This document shows, piece after piece, positions 10,324 through 19,652 of a stretch of 64,000 nt of DNA (positions are counted from its first letter, which is position 1; the number at the start of each line of letters is the position of its first letter). The stretch comes from Bacillota bacterium (lineage in GTDB: Bacteria > Bacillota > Clostridia > Lachnospirales > Lachnospiraceae), in NCBI GenBank assembly GCA_023399055.1, contig JAEWQV010000034.1:46124-110123 (forward strand), in the 5' to 3' direction. The notes under the pieces were generated by a model, which was not told where the DNA came from, made no database searches, and was given only the letters and a program-made list of their open reading frames with translations. The translations under genes and the position numbers were made by a program.

Positions 10324-10352
10324 CTTAGAAGTTAGATAATAAGTAATAGAGC

Positions 10353-10394
10353 AAAACCTCAGATCCTTAATTTTAAAAGGATTTGGGGTTTTTT
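10353..10394 (+). terminator. Intrinsic terminator of the xpt-ABC operon
   Basis: AAAACCTCAGATCCTT/AAGGATTTGGGGTTTT stem + T-tract. Confidence 0.8.
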
Positions 10395-10423
10395 GCAACA
10401 AACAAATATTTAGTAAAATAAAA

Positions 10424-10499
10424 TTACTAAGGTACCTTAAAAAGTGTTGACATATTACTAAGGTACCTTTATAATATTGTTTATAAGGTACCTTAGTAA
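10424..10499 (+). promoter_or_regulatory. Consensus sigmaA promoter overlapped by three palindromic operators
   Basis: TTGACA(10447)-N17-TATAAT(10470); TAAGGTACCTT(A) cores at 10428, 10459 and 10484. Confidence 0.85.
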
Positions 10500-10540
10500 A
10501 TGCGCAAACTTATATTTACTCGAATGGAGGAATTAAAAAG

Positions 10541-11308
10541 ATGGAAAATAATAATGAATTAATTGTAAAACTAACCCGTGTTGAATGGTTGCTGCATCGT
10601 CACCATTTAAAGAATCATATGCATTTTGGCCCAATGGGAGATTCCCGTAGAGGGCAGGGTAGAATACTCGCAATTCTTAAACTACAGCAAGAAATTAGCC
10701 AGAAAGATTTAACATTTTTATTAGATATGAGACCTCAATCTTTAGGAGAGCTTCTTTTTAAGCTGGAGAGGAATGGATACATCACTCGTACACCATCAGA
10801 AACTGACCGTAGAGTTATGAATATCAAGCTTACGGAAGAGGGAATTAAAGCTACAGAAGCTACGGAACAACAGGAGGATAAGTTTGATAAGTTGTTTGAA
10901 TGCTTAAGTGAGGAAGAACAAAGGAACTTGAGTAACTATCTTGATAGAATTATAGAAAGTTTAGAGAGTCATTTTGGTGGTGAACAGTCTGAGGACGATT
11001 TTATACCTCAACCACCTAGACCACTTCCCTTCGAAGGCCCGTTGGGCAGAGATGATCGACATCCTTTTGGCAAGCACTTTGGACAAGGGCATGGCCCAGG
11101 ACACATGCATAGAGAGCATGTGTATCAAGAACATGAACGAGGAGAACATATCCATAGAGATTACAGGCACGAAGAACATATGCATAAAGAGCACAAGCAC
11201 GGAGAACACATGCATGGTGGATATGCGTATGAAGGACGCAAACGCGAAGATCATAGGAATAAAGAACACGCATATAGAGAACCAGAGGATAGAGAATACT
11301 CAGAATAG
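10541..11308 (+). CDS. MarR-family regulator with His-rich repetitive C-terminal tail
   Basis: wHTH (ISQKDL...LGELLFKLERNGYITR...DRRVMNIKLTEEG); tail of roughly 10-aa EH(M/I)H repeats. Confidence 0.88.
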   Translation: MENNNELIVKLTRVEWLLHRHHLKNHMHFGPMGDSRRGQGRILAILKLQQEISQKDLTFLLDMRPQSLGELLFKLERNGYITRTPSETDRRVMNIKLTEEGIKATEATEQQEDKFDKLFECLSEEEQRNLSNYLDRIIESLESHFGGEQSEDDFIPQPPRPLPFEGPLGRDDRHPFGKHFGQGHGPGHMHREHVYQEHERGEHIHRDYRHEEHMHKEHKHGEHMHGGYAYEGRKREDHRNKEHAYREPEDREYSE

Positions 11309-11511
11309 AATAAAAATATTAATTGAAAATTAGTAATATTCAGCCTAAGCTTGATTTCGCTTTGCTACATCTCGCTTAGGTAGGGTGCAAAGCTAAATTG
11401 TCATAAAAATTAAACTAAATGGTATCTTGAGGAAATTTAAAAATAGGAGTATACTAGAAAGGTGTAAGTACAAACTACTTATGCCTTTTATTATAATAGT
11501 GACAAGGAGAG

Positions 11512-11901
11512 ATGCCGATGTGTAAAGAACATAAGTTTTACAGATGTAAGCATTGCGGAAATTTGATTGGTATGATCCAAAGCTCAGGTGCTCGTGTTGT
11601 ATGCTGTGGTGAAGAGATGGAAGAATTAGTGGCTAATACAGTGGAAGCCTCTACAGAAAAACATGTGCCAGTAGTTACAGTGGATGGCAATAGCGTTACA
11701 GTTGAAGTTGGTAGCGTAACTCATCCAATGGAGGAGAAGCACTATATTCAGTGGATTTATCTTCAGACCAAGAATGGCGGACAAAGAAAATGTCTTTCAC
11801 CTGGTGACGAACCAAAGGCGACTTTTGCACTCGATAATGATGAAGTGGTAGCAGTATTTGAATACTGTAATATCCACGGATTATGGAAAACGGAATTATA
11901 A
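11512..11901 (+). CDS. dfx: Desulfoferrodoxin / class I superoxide reductase
   Basis: CKHCG...CCG desulforedoxin domain; EKHVP, HPMEEKHYI, YCNIHG. Confidence 0.93.
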   Translation: MPMCKEHKFYRCKHCGNLIGMIQSSGARVVCCGEEMEELVANTVEASTEKHVPVVTVDGNSVTVEVGSVTHPMEEKHYIQWIYLQTKNGGQRKCLSPGDEPKATFALDNDEVVAVFEYCNIHGLWKTEL

Positions 11902-12018
11902 AAAGACAATGAATGCATGCAGAAATCGAATTGCTTATATTATAATTCGGCTACTGCATGCAATTTGCTTTTTGGGATTTAGGTGAATGAGATATTTAAC
12001 CTTGTGGGAGATAAATTT

Positions 12019-12191
12019 ATGGAGAAGTCCATTAAGAACAATTGTTAGAATTAGCCGAGGAGGATTATCGCAAATTTACGGCAGCCTTAACACCGGGGAA
12101 AGAAAACATTCTGGGAATTAGAATACCCTTGCTTCGTAAGCTATCAAAGAGTATATTAAAGGGTGATTGGAGAACATATCTTAAGACGTAA
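12019..12191 (+). pseudogene. Remnant of an AlkD-like DNA alkylation repair gene (N-terminus only, frameshifted)
   Basis: The ATG 12019 frame stops after 9 codons; the shifted frame reads EQLLELAEEDYRKFTAALTPGKENILGIRIPLLRKLSKSILKGDWRTYLKT*. Confidence 0.7.
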
Positions 12192-12318
12192 ATGAGGATA
12201 AAATGCATCTTTTTTCTTAAGATAAGTTATATTATTAGTCATGACTTTTGTGATGAAAGACATTTTTGAGTTAAAACAGGTTAATAATACAAGTTACTAG
12301 AGAACAAGGAGGTTGACC

Positions 12319-13923
12319 ATGAGGTTAACATTTATAGGAGCCACCCACGAGGTAACCGGTAGCTGCTTCTATCTGGAAGCAAATAATAAAAAAATATTGA
12401 TCGATTGTGGCATGGAACAGGGAAGAGATGTTTTTGAAAATCAGCAGATACCAGTTGCTTCGGCCGATATTGATGCTGTATTACTAACACATGCACATAT
12501 GGATCATGCAGGTAAATTACCTTTGTTGCATAGTGAAGGATTTCGAGGAAAGATACATGCTACGAGTGCCACCAGCTCTCTGTGCAGTATTATGTTAAGA
12601 GATAGTGCTCATATACAGATCGCTGAAGCAGAGTGGAAGAATAGAAAAAGAAAACGTTCTGGTGGTAACCTGGCGATACCAATTTACAATATGGAAGATG
12701 CCATGGCAACAATCCGTCAATTTGCAGCTCACGAGTATAATGAAGTATTTGAGGTCTTTAGTGGAATTAAGGTACGCTTTATTGATGTTGGTCATTTGCT
12801 TGGTTCGGCTAGTATTGAAGTGTGGATAACGGAACAAGGGGTAACCAAGAAAATAGTATTCTCTGGCGATATTGGTAACCTTAATCAACCACTCATCAAT
12901 GATCCACAGTATATTAAGGATGCAGATTATGTTGTAATGGAATCTACCTATGGTGACCGTAATCATGAAGCTGCTCCGGATTATGTGAGTGAGTTCACCG
13001 AGATTATCCAGTCAACCTTAGACCGAGGTGGCAACCTGGTTATTCCCTCATTTGCTGTGGGAAGAACTCAAGTACTACTTTACTATATCCGTAAAATAAA
13101 AGAAGAAAAAAGAATTCATGGTCATGATGGATTTAAGGTATATATAGACAGCCCACTGGCAGTAGAAGCTACTGAAATATTTCATAAATTTATGAGTGGA
13201 TATTTCGATGCCGAAGCCATGGAAGTTGTAAAAAAAGGAGTAAATCCACTTGCTTTTCCTGGACTTGTAACTGCCATTACTCCGGATGAATCAAAGGCAA
13301 TTAACTTTATTGAGGAACCTAAAATTATTATTTCTGCTTCAGGTATGTGTGATGCGGGAAGAATTCGTCATCACTTAAAGCATAATCTGTGGAGAGAAGA
13401 TAGTACCATTATGTTTGTTGGGCATCAGTCAGAGGGCACCTTAGGTAGAACCTTGCAGGATGGCGCAACTGAGGTAAAATTATTTGGTGAGACGATTCAG
13501 GTTGCAGCACAGATTCATAGGTTATCCGGAATAAGTGGGCATGCAGATAAAGACGGTCTTATAAAATGGTTAACCAGCTTTGAGAAAAAGCCACAACGAG
13601 TCTTTGTAGTACATGGTGAAGATCAGGTGTGTCAAAGCTTTACAAAATATATTAATGATGAACTGGGTTATCCTGCAATTGCACCCTATAGCGGAAGTGT
13701 ATTTGATCTTTTTAGGAATGAAAATGTAGTGGAAGGAAAGATAATTCCTGCTGAAGCAAAGAGCAGAGACGATCAAGGAAAACACAATGCTGTTTATGAT
13801 CGACTGGTCAATGCGGGGAAACGCCTTGAAGTGGTGATCCAACATAATAAGGGCGGAGCGAACAAGGATCTTGCTAAGTTCTTAAGCCAAATTAATTCGC
13901 TATGTGATAAATGGGAACGATAA
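12319..13923 (+). CDS. MBL-fold beta-CASP ribonuclease
   Basis: THAHMDH, GHLLGS, MESTYG, FAVGR, SGHAD, VHGE; ATG 12319 after AAGGAGG. Confidence 0.9.
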   Translation: MRLTFIGATHEVTGSCFYLEANNKKILIDCGMEQGRDVFENQQIPVASADIDAVLLTHAHMDHAGKLPLLHSEGFRGKIHATSATSSLCSIMLRDSAHIQIAEAEWKNRKRKRSGGNLAIPIYNMEDAMATIRQFAAHEYNEVFEVFSGIKVRFIDVGHLLGSASIEVWITEQGVTKKIVFSGDIGNLNQPLINDPQYIKDADYVVMESTYGDRNHEAAPDYVSEFTEIIQSTLDRGGNLVIPSFAVGRTQVLLYYIRKIKEEKRIHGHDGFKVYIDSPLAVEATEIFHKFMSGYFDAEAMEVVKKGVNPLAFPGLVTAITPDESKAINFIEEPKIIISASGMCDAGRIRHHLKHNLWREDSTIMFVGHQSEGTLGRTLQDGATEVKLFGETIQVAAQIHRLSGISGHADKDGLIKWLTSFEKKPQRVFVVHGEDQVCQSFTKYINDELGYPAIAPYSGSVFDLFRNENVVEGKIIPAEAKSRDDQGKHNAVYDRLVNAGKRLEVVIQHNKGGANKDLAKFLSQINSLCDKWER

Positions 13924-14001
13924 CGATATATTCTGAAAGTAATGTGTAAATAGATTAATTATTTAGTGGAATGGTAATTAAATCTAACAATAGAAAACCG
14001 T

Positions 14002-14030
14002 TTGACACAGGATGAGACATCACCTAATAT
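14002..14030 (+). promoter_or_regulatory. sigmaA promoter
   Basis: TTGACA-N17-TAATAT. Confidence 0.6.
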
Positions 14031-14085
14031 AAGGGTATATGAAGTTATACAAAAAGTAAGGTTTCCGTTATTTGGAGGAAGTGTA

Positions 14086-16047
14086 ATGAACAAAAGAAAA
14101 CCAGCGATATTGATGCCGGTTAAAAAGAGAATTTCTATCATAGTATCAGCAATTTTTATAATACTTGTTTTCTTTTTACTGCTTCTGTATCAAACAAGAC
14201 AGAATGCACATGAAGATAAATTAATGATGAATATCTTTGGCAAACAGAGAATGTACACCCAACAGATCAGTAAAACTGTCAATCATCTGTATATACTTAT
14301 GCAGAAGCCCTCCCCTTTTTCCATGCTATCTACTGCTGAAATTGAGCAAGAGATAGAGATGACCAGAAAAGAAATGGTTGAAGCAAGAGATGGATTTACA
14401 GGGCTGTTGAAAGAGGTACATAAGGATAAAGTCATAATTGATGGTTACCAGTTGCATCTGGATACAGATTTATTAAAATTTTCAGTTGCCCTCGCAGAAA
14501 TAGACGAGCTCTGGCCTGATTATGATTCGTCAATTAATGTACTGCTTAATAATGATGGGCAGGCCTTAGACTTAGAAAATGCAGTAATATTTATTAATAA
14601 AAACAATCAAAAACTTTTACAAAGCTGTGAAGATTTATTAAATGAGCTGCTAGAGTATTCACTTTTGAAAGATCGGGAACTCCAGCGAGTAGCATTTATT
14701 TTAATAGGCTTATTGGCATTAGTAATCTTTATATCTCTATATCAGCTCCAGCGGCATTTATTACTACCACTTAGGCAGTTGTACAAAGGTTTGGATGAGA
14801 TTGGGCTGAGTAATCAGAGTAGTTATCTAGGGTTACCAACGAGACAGAAGATGATTCCGATCGTCAAAGAAATCAATGGGGTATTTAAGAAAATAAACTC
14901 ACTTATAACCTTAATTGAAAATATGAATAATAATGATTCCTTTATGGACACCTTACGGTTTATTAGCAATACCTTTTCGCCGTTTATTCCATATAACTAT
15001 ATCGGAATCGCTATAATGAGTGAGGATAAGAAGTTTTTAAAAGCGTCCTATGGGGTTTCAGACGGTACGGTAATTGGTTTGCCTGAAAATATTGTGGGTT
15101 GCACTTGCTTAATTAATGACACAAGTCTTGGTAAAGTATTTCAATCTGAGGAAGCCAGAATTATTAATGACCTTGAGGAATACTGTAAAGGTAAACCAGT
15201 AAAAAGTTATAATAAAATTATTTTAGATGCTGGAATTAAATCTTCGATTACTCTTCCGTTACTTGTATCAGGTGAGCCAATGGGAATGATATTCTTTTCA
15301 AGTACAGAAAAGAATATTTATACCGAAGAACACAGTAATTTCTTGCACACACTGGCCAACAGTATTGCGATTAGTTTAAATCAAAACATATTTATTGGAG
15401 ATATTGTTTATAGCAGCATACTTGCTTTGGCAAAGCTTGCGGAAGCCAGAGATGAAGATACCGGCAAACATTTGGACCGTATGTCAACTTATTCAAGAGC
15501 TATCGCAGAGTTATTATATGAAAATAATCTCTATACTGATGAGGTGACGCTTGAATTCATAGATGATGTTGAACGTTTTAGTCCATTGCATGATATCGGT
15601 AAAGTGGGCATAAGGGATAGTATCTTATTAAAGCCTGGCAAGCTTACGATGGAAGAACATATTGAGATGAAACAGCATGCGTTATTTGGTGAACAGGTTC
15701 TAAGATCGGCGGAAGAAAATCTGCAAAAGAAGGGAAGAAGTCTCTTTCAGATGGGAGCAGAGATTGCAGGAGCTCACCATGAGAAGTGGGATGGTACGGG
15801 TTACCCACGAGGTAAACAGGGAACTGAGATTCCGTTATGTGCTAGAATTGTAGCTGTGGCAGATGTATTTGATGCTCTTTTAAGTAAGAGACCTTACAAA
15901 GAAGCTTATCCTCTTGAAATGACCATGGATATTCTTAGAGAGGGAAGAGGAAAGCACTTTGATCCAGTAATTATTGATGTTGTATTAAATAATCGAAAAA
16001 AACTGGAAGATATTTATCACAATTTTCAAGATAAGCAAATAGCATAA
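14086..16047 (+). CDS. Membrane HD-GYP cyclic-dinucleotide phosphodiesterase with PilJ/NarX-like sensor and GAF domain
   Basis: Two TM helices; NIFGKQRMYTQ P-box-like motif; GAF (IKSSITLPL...GMIFF); LHDIGK, HHEKWDGTGYP, VADVFDAL; start ATG 14086 after GGAGG. Confidence 0.88.
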   Translation: MNKRKPAILMPVKKRISIIVSAIFIILVFFLLLLYQTRQNAHEDKLMMNIFGKQRMYTQQISKTVNHLYILMQKPSPFSMLSTAEIEQEIEMTRKEMVEARDGFTGLLKEVHKDKVIIDGYQLHLDTDLLKFSVALAEIDELWPDYDSSINVLLNNDGQALDLENAVIFINKNNQKLLQSCEDLLNELLEYSLLKDRELQRVAFILIGLLALVIFISLYQLQRHLLLPLRQLYKGLDEIGLSNQSSYLGLPTRQKMIPIVKEINGVFKKINSLITLIENMNNNDSFMDTLRFISNTFSPFIPYNYIGIAIMSEDKKFLKASYGVSDGTVIGLPENIVGCTCLINDTSLGKVFQSEEARIINDLEEYCKGKPVKSYNKIILDAGIKSSITLPLLVSGEPMGMIFFSSTEKNIYTEEHSNFLHTLANSIAISLNQNIFIGDIVYSSILALAKLAEARDEDTGKHLDRMSTYSRAIAELLYENNLYTDEVTLEFIDDVERFSPLHDIGKVGIRDSILLKPGKLTMEEHIEMKQHALFGEQVLRSAEENLQKKGRSLFQMGAEIAGAHHEKWDGTGYPRGKQGTEIPLCARIVAVADVFDALLSKRPYKEAYPLEMTMDILREGRGKHFDPVIIDVVLNNRKKLEDIYHNFQDKQIA

Positions 16048-16063
16048 AGATTGATTTACTAAC

Positions 16064-16151
16064 AAGGGGCTATTGCAAAAAAGATATCTATGTAGAAAAG
16101 GGAGTATATACTCGTTTTCTACACCTAGTACGCTTTTTGCGACGACCCCTT
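16064..16151. terminator. Long nested hairpin between convergent genes
   Basis: AAGGGG...GCAAAAA / TTTTTGC...CCCCTT outer stem; TGTAGAAAA/TTTTCTACA and GAGTATATACTC inner stems. Confidence 0.6.
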
Positions 16152-16157
16152 ATTATC

Positions 16158-17093
16158 TTACATAAATTTTTTCTTCTTAAAATATATAAAGCAAATAGCT
16201 GCAATTACAATACTTAATACAATTACATATAGATATCCATAACGCCAGTTTAATTCAGGCATAGTTGTAAAATTCATTCCATACCAGCCAACAATTAAGG
16301 TCAACGGAAGAAAAATAGTTGTGATAACGGTAAACATTTTCATGGTTTTGTTCATATCATTATCAAGTTGCGCGTGGTAGGATTCACGTACATGGATACT
16401 ATATTCCTGTAACATACGTACATTATTACAAAGACGAGTTGCCTTACTTGAAAATATACTAAAATAATGCAAATTTTCTACTTGAAAGATATCACTGGCA
16501 TTCTCCTCAAGTTCTTCGCCGATAGCGATGAACTGTTGATAATAGTTATCCAACAAAAGAAGTTTTTTTCGTAGTGCGGTTATCTGATGATTAAAATCAT
16601 CATCTATGGTTCTATTAATAATTCTATCCTCATGTTCGCTAATATCATTTTCGATTTCAATAAGTAAAGAATAATTCTCATTAAGAAAACCCTCAAGAAA
16701 ACCAAAAATCAAGCGTTCCTGTGTAATCTTTGATAAGTTTATTTGACCTAAAAGGTCGAGAACTCTTAGCTTTGTACTATCGTCCTTGTCTTCAATTATA
16801 ACAATGAGAAGAAGATTGTTTTTAATATAAACACCGATGCGATCTTGAACTTTAATAATTTGACCAGGATTAAGGCCAATGATTACTCCGAATAAATAAT
16901 TGTAGTAGGAGTTAAAAGTACTGTGTAGATTTTGCACTTCATTTTTACATTCTTCAACTGTCATTGAGGAGAAACCAAATGTTTCATATTGTTGCTCAAG
17001 CTCACTCAGAGAAATAAAACCAAGTGTTAGGCAGTCTTCTCTAATATCTTTAAACGCTATTTCTGTAATCCCGTCCTGTATCTGATAGTACAT
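16158..17093 (-). CDS. corA: CorA-family divalent cation transporter
   Basis: FLPLTLIVGWYGMNF..MPEL signature with two C-terminal TM helices. Confidence 0.92.
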   Translation of the reverse strand: MYYQIQDGITEIAFKDIREDCLTLGFISLSELEQQYETFGFSSMTVEECKNEVQNLHSTFNSYYNYLFGVIIGLNPGQIIKVQDRIGVYIKNNLLLIVIIEDKDDSTKLRVLDLLGQINLSKITQERLIFGFLEGFLNENYSLLIEIENDISEHEDRIINRTIDDDFNHQITALRKKLLLLDNYYQQFIAIGEELEENASDIFQVENLHYFSIFSSKATRLCNNVRMLQEYSIHVRESYHAQLDNDMNKTMKMFTVITTIFLPLTLIVGWYGMNFTTMPELNWRYGYLYVIVLSIVIAAICFIYFKKKKFM

Positions 17094-17280
17094 ACGATTA
17101 ATCCTTCCTTTATCCTAAATTACTTAAATTATAAATGAATATTTCCGTGATATTGATCCTCAATGATAGTAAGTATTATCAAATTAATTTTAGTTAAGTT
17201 AAGAATATTATAACCTGTACTGCTAATAAGTAAAGAATTAAAGAAGGAAATAAAAAGAAAGAAATAAAAAGAAAGATGGG

Positions 17281-17333
17281 AGATAGAAAGAAGATAGAAG
17301 CTGAAGATAGAAAGAAGATAGAAATGATAGAAA
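17281..17333 (+). repeat. Purine-rich short tandem repeat (GATAGAA x5)
   Basis: GATAGAA at 17282, 17293, 17306, 17317 and 17326; 19-nt AGATAGAAAGAAGATAGAA duplicated at 17281 and 17305. Confidence 0.7.
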
Positions 17334-17512
17334 ATATATATTAATTTGAATTGGGTACAAAATAATGGACAGTATTTGTAAATTAAGGTAAAATATTGAA
17401 TAAATAAGGTGATGAAAGATCTCAAATGTATAGTCAATTGAAAATTACCGTCTATATTAATGTATCTATATAGTGTTAAAAAACAAGTTACATACAGCAG
17501 GGAGGAACCAAA

Positions 17513-19483
17513 ATGAAGATTCAAAAACCTTTTTCAAAGAAACTTAAACTGTTGTTATCCTTCGTAATAGTCTTCGCAATCTTTGGCATTATTTTCGGAT
17601 ATAAATATATTAATGAGAAAAATGAATATCATGAGATAATGAATATGGCGAATGTCCATTTTCAGGACAATAACTATGAAAAAGCAATGGCATATTATCG
17701 AAAAGTATTAATAAAGAAGCCTAATTATGAAACTGCATTAAATAAAATAAATGAAATTCAAACCTTACAACTTACGAATTGTGTTGATACAATACGGGAG
17801 TATCTGTCAAATGGGGATTATGATCAGGCGTTGATAGCGTTACAAGGACTAAAAATTAAAAAGGGTGATCTGATCTATGAAAAATATCAAAAGATTTATT
17901 CCTTTGTCGCTTTGCGACCTGAAAAGGTTTATATTGATGCAGAACAATTTCCCACAGTTAATGTAATTCTTCTGTTTAATGGAAACCCTGATTTAGCAGA
18001 GGATGCTTATACCCTTTATGAAAATACTGAAAAATGCGAGATTATTTCCTCAGAGTTTAAACCTGGACAAGCTATTTTTACCTATACAGCGAAGGAAGCA
18101 GAAGGTAATTCGGAGTTTCGTGGGTTGGAGATAAATATTACCTCCGAAGATTTAGTGTTGTATGTAAAGGGTGAATATGAAACACCAGTATTAGGACAGG
18201 CGAATATAGCTTTAATAAATACAGACCTAAGTAATTACCCAATTGTGAAGACATTTTTTAATATTTCTAATTTTGATAATGGAGAACGAATTAACCATCT
18301 GACAGCAGATGCATTTACAATTAATGAAAGCATTGATGAAGGTGATTATGTTAACAGAGAGGTACTTAATGTGACATCTGTGGGAGAAAGCAACGGTGTA
18401 AATATAGAATTTGTTATAGACAAGGGAAACAACATGGGTAATTCTAATATAGGTGTAATTAAATCAGTTTTGACTGAATTTGTACAAGTGCTGAATTATG
18501 GTCAAGGAGATAAAGCAGAGATATTAGCTTTTGATACAGCAGTTATGCAAATGTGTGCCTTTACCAATGACCCCGATTTACTTATTAACGGGATAGAACA
18601 AATGTACAACAATGGATCTGCAAAATTCTATGATGCCGTGTATGAAGGCATCAATCATGCGGTGGCACAAGAAGGTGCTAAGTGTTTAGTAGCAATTACC
18701 GGAGGGTATGATGATGAGAGCTACTATTCCTATCTCGATGTTATTGATTATGCTAATCTAAACCAAGTACCGCTTTATATCATAAGTTCTGGGGAGATGG
18801 ATAGCACAGCATTACAGGAAATGGCGGAATCTACAAATGGAGCATATTGGAATCTTGAAAGTTGGAATGGGTTGACGGAGATTCTTAATGATATCTATGA
18901 GATGCAAAAAGAATTGTATGTAGTGGAATATAAAAGTGATTCATCCCTGGAAATATATTTGAAAAGAGACCTTCAGGTGGGTATATCCGCGGAAGGTTAT
19001 GTTGGAGATTGTTATCCTACCTTTTGGCCAAGCGATATCCTACGTAATGATGTAAATGAGCAAACATCACGTTATAAATTAGTTGTAGAAGATATCTCTT
19101 GGGAAATGGCAAGTCAAAAGTGCCAGGACATGGGGGGGCATCTGGTTACAATTACCTCCCAAGCTGAAATGGAGGACGTGATTGCCTTAGCAAATGAATC
19201 AAGTGCAAACTACATATGGCTGGGTGGAAATACCTCCTATGACGGGGATGGTAAGATAATTGGACATTGGATTACAGGAGAAGAATTCAGTTATTCTGCA
19301 TGGGGTAAAGATGAGCCTTCCAGGATAAATCCTGTGGATGGGGTCGAGGAAAGATATCTCATGCTATGGAAGGATCCAAGGCTTGGTGGCTGGAGCTGGA
19401 AGGATCAAAGAAATGATCCAATTGCAGACGATCCCGACTTGCCAGGAGAATTCGCCTATATTTGTGAATTTGAAAAGGAGTAG
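17513..19483 (+). CDS. Membrane-anchored TPR + vWA + C-type lectin-like protein
   Basis: N-terminal TM; TPR (YEKAMAYYRKVL); vWA fold with degenerate MIDAS; CTLD (SWEMASQKCQDMGGHLVTITSQAE...IWLGG...W...EP...YICE). Confidence 0.8.
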   Translation: MKIQKPFSKKLKLLLSFVIVFAIFGIIFGYKYINEKNEYHEIMNMANVHFQDNNYEKAMAYYRKVLIKKPNYETALNKINEIQTLQLTNCVDTIREYLSNGDYDQALIALQGLKIKKGDLIYEKYQKIYSFVALRPEKVYIDAEQFPTVNVILLFNGNPDLAEDAYTLYENTEKCEIISSEFKPGQAIFTYTAKEAEGNSEFRGLEINITSEDLVLYVKGEYETPVLGQANIALINTDLSNYPIVKTFFNISNFDNGERINHLTADAFTINESIDEGDYVNREVLNVTSVGESNGVNIEFVIDKGNNMGNSNIGVIKSVLTEFVQVLNYGQGDKAEILAFDTAVMQMCAFTNDPDLLINGIEQMYNNGSAKFYDAVYEGINHAVAQEGAKCLVAITGGYDDESYYSYLDVIDYANLNQVPLYIISSGEMDSTALQEMAESTNGAYWNLESWNGLTEILNDIYEMQKELYVVEYKSDSSLEIYLKRDLQVGISAEGYVGDCYPTFWPSDILRNDVNEQTSRYKLVVEDISWEMASQKCQDMGGHLVTITSQAEMEDVIALANESSANYIWLGGNTSYDGDGKIIGHWITGEEFSYSAWGKDEPSRINPVDGVEERYLMLWKDPRLGGWSWKDQRNDPIADDPDLPGEFAYICEFEKE

Positions 19484-19652
19484 CTGATTTCTATTAAAAT
19501 AACTAAGAGTAATTAGCTATATAGTATGATATATACTAAAAACTGATTATTAAGGCTTCAGGTGCATGAGTATCTGGAGCTTTAATAATATTTGCAATTC
19601 TAGGCAATTCAACTTACAATAGAAGCAATAATTATATGAAGGAGTATATACA

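Noticed and set aside
10961..11333. Three alternative-frame ORFs over the MarR tail
   Set aside because: By-product of the repetitive His-rich coding sequence lacking stops in other frames
17281..17333. Possible CRISPR array
   Set aside because: Units are only 7-19 nt, with no unique spacers and no cas genes
17129..17524. 131-aa minus-strand ORF
   Set aside because: Low-complexity F/L/S/I translation of the purine-rich intergenic tract; no recognisable domain
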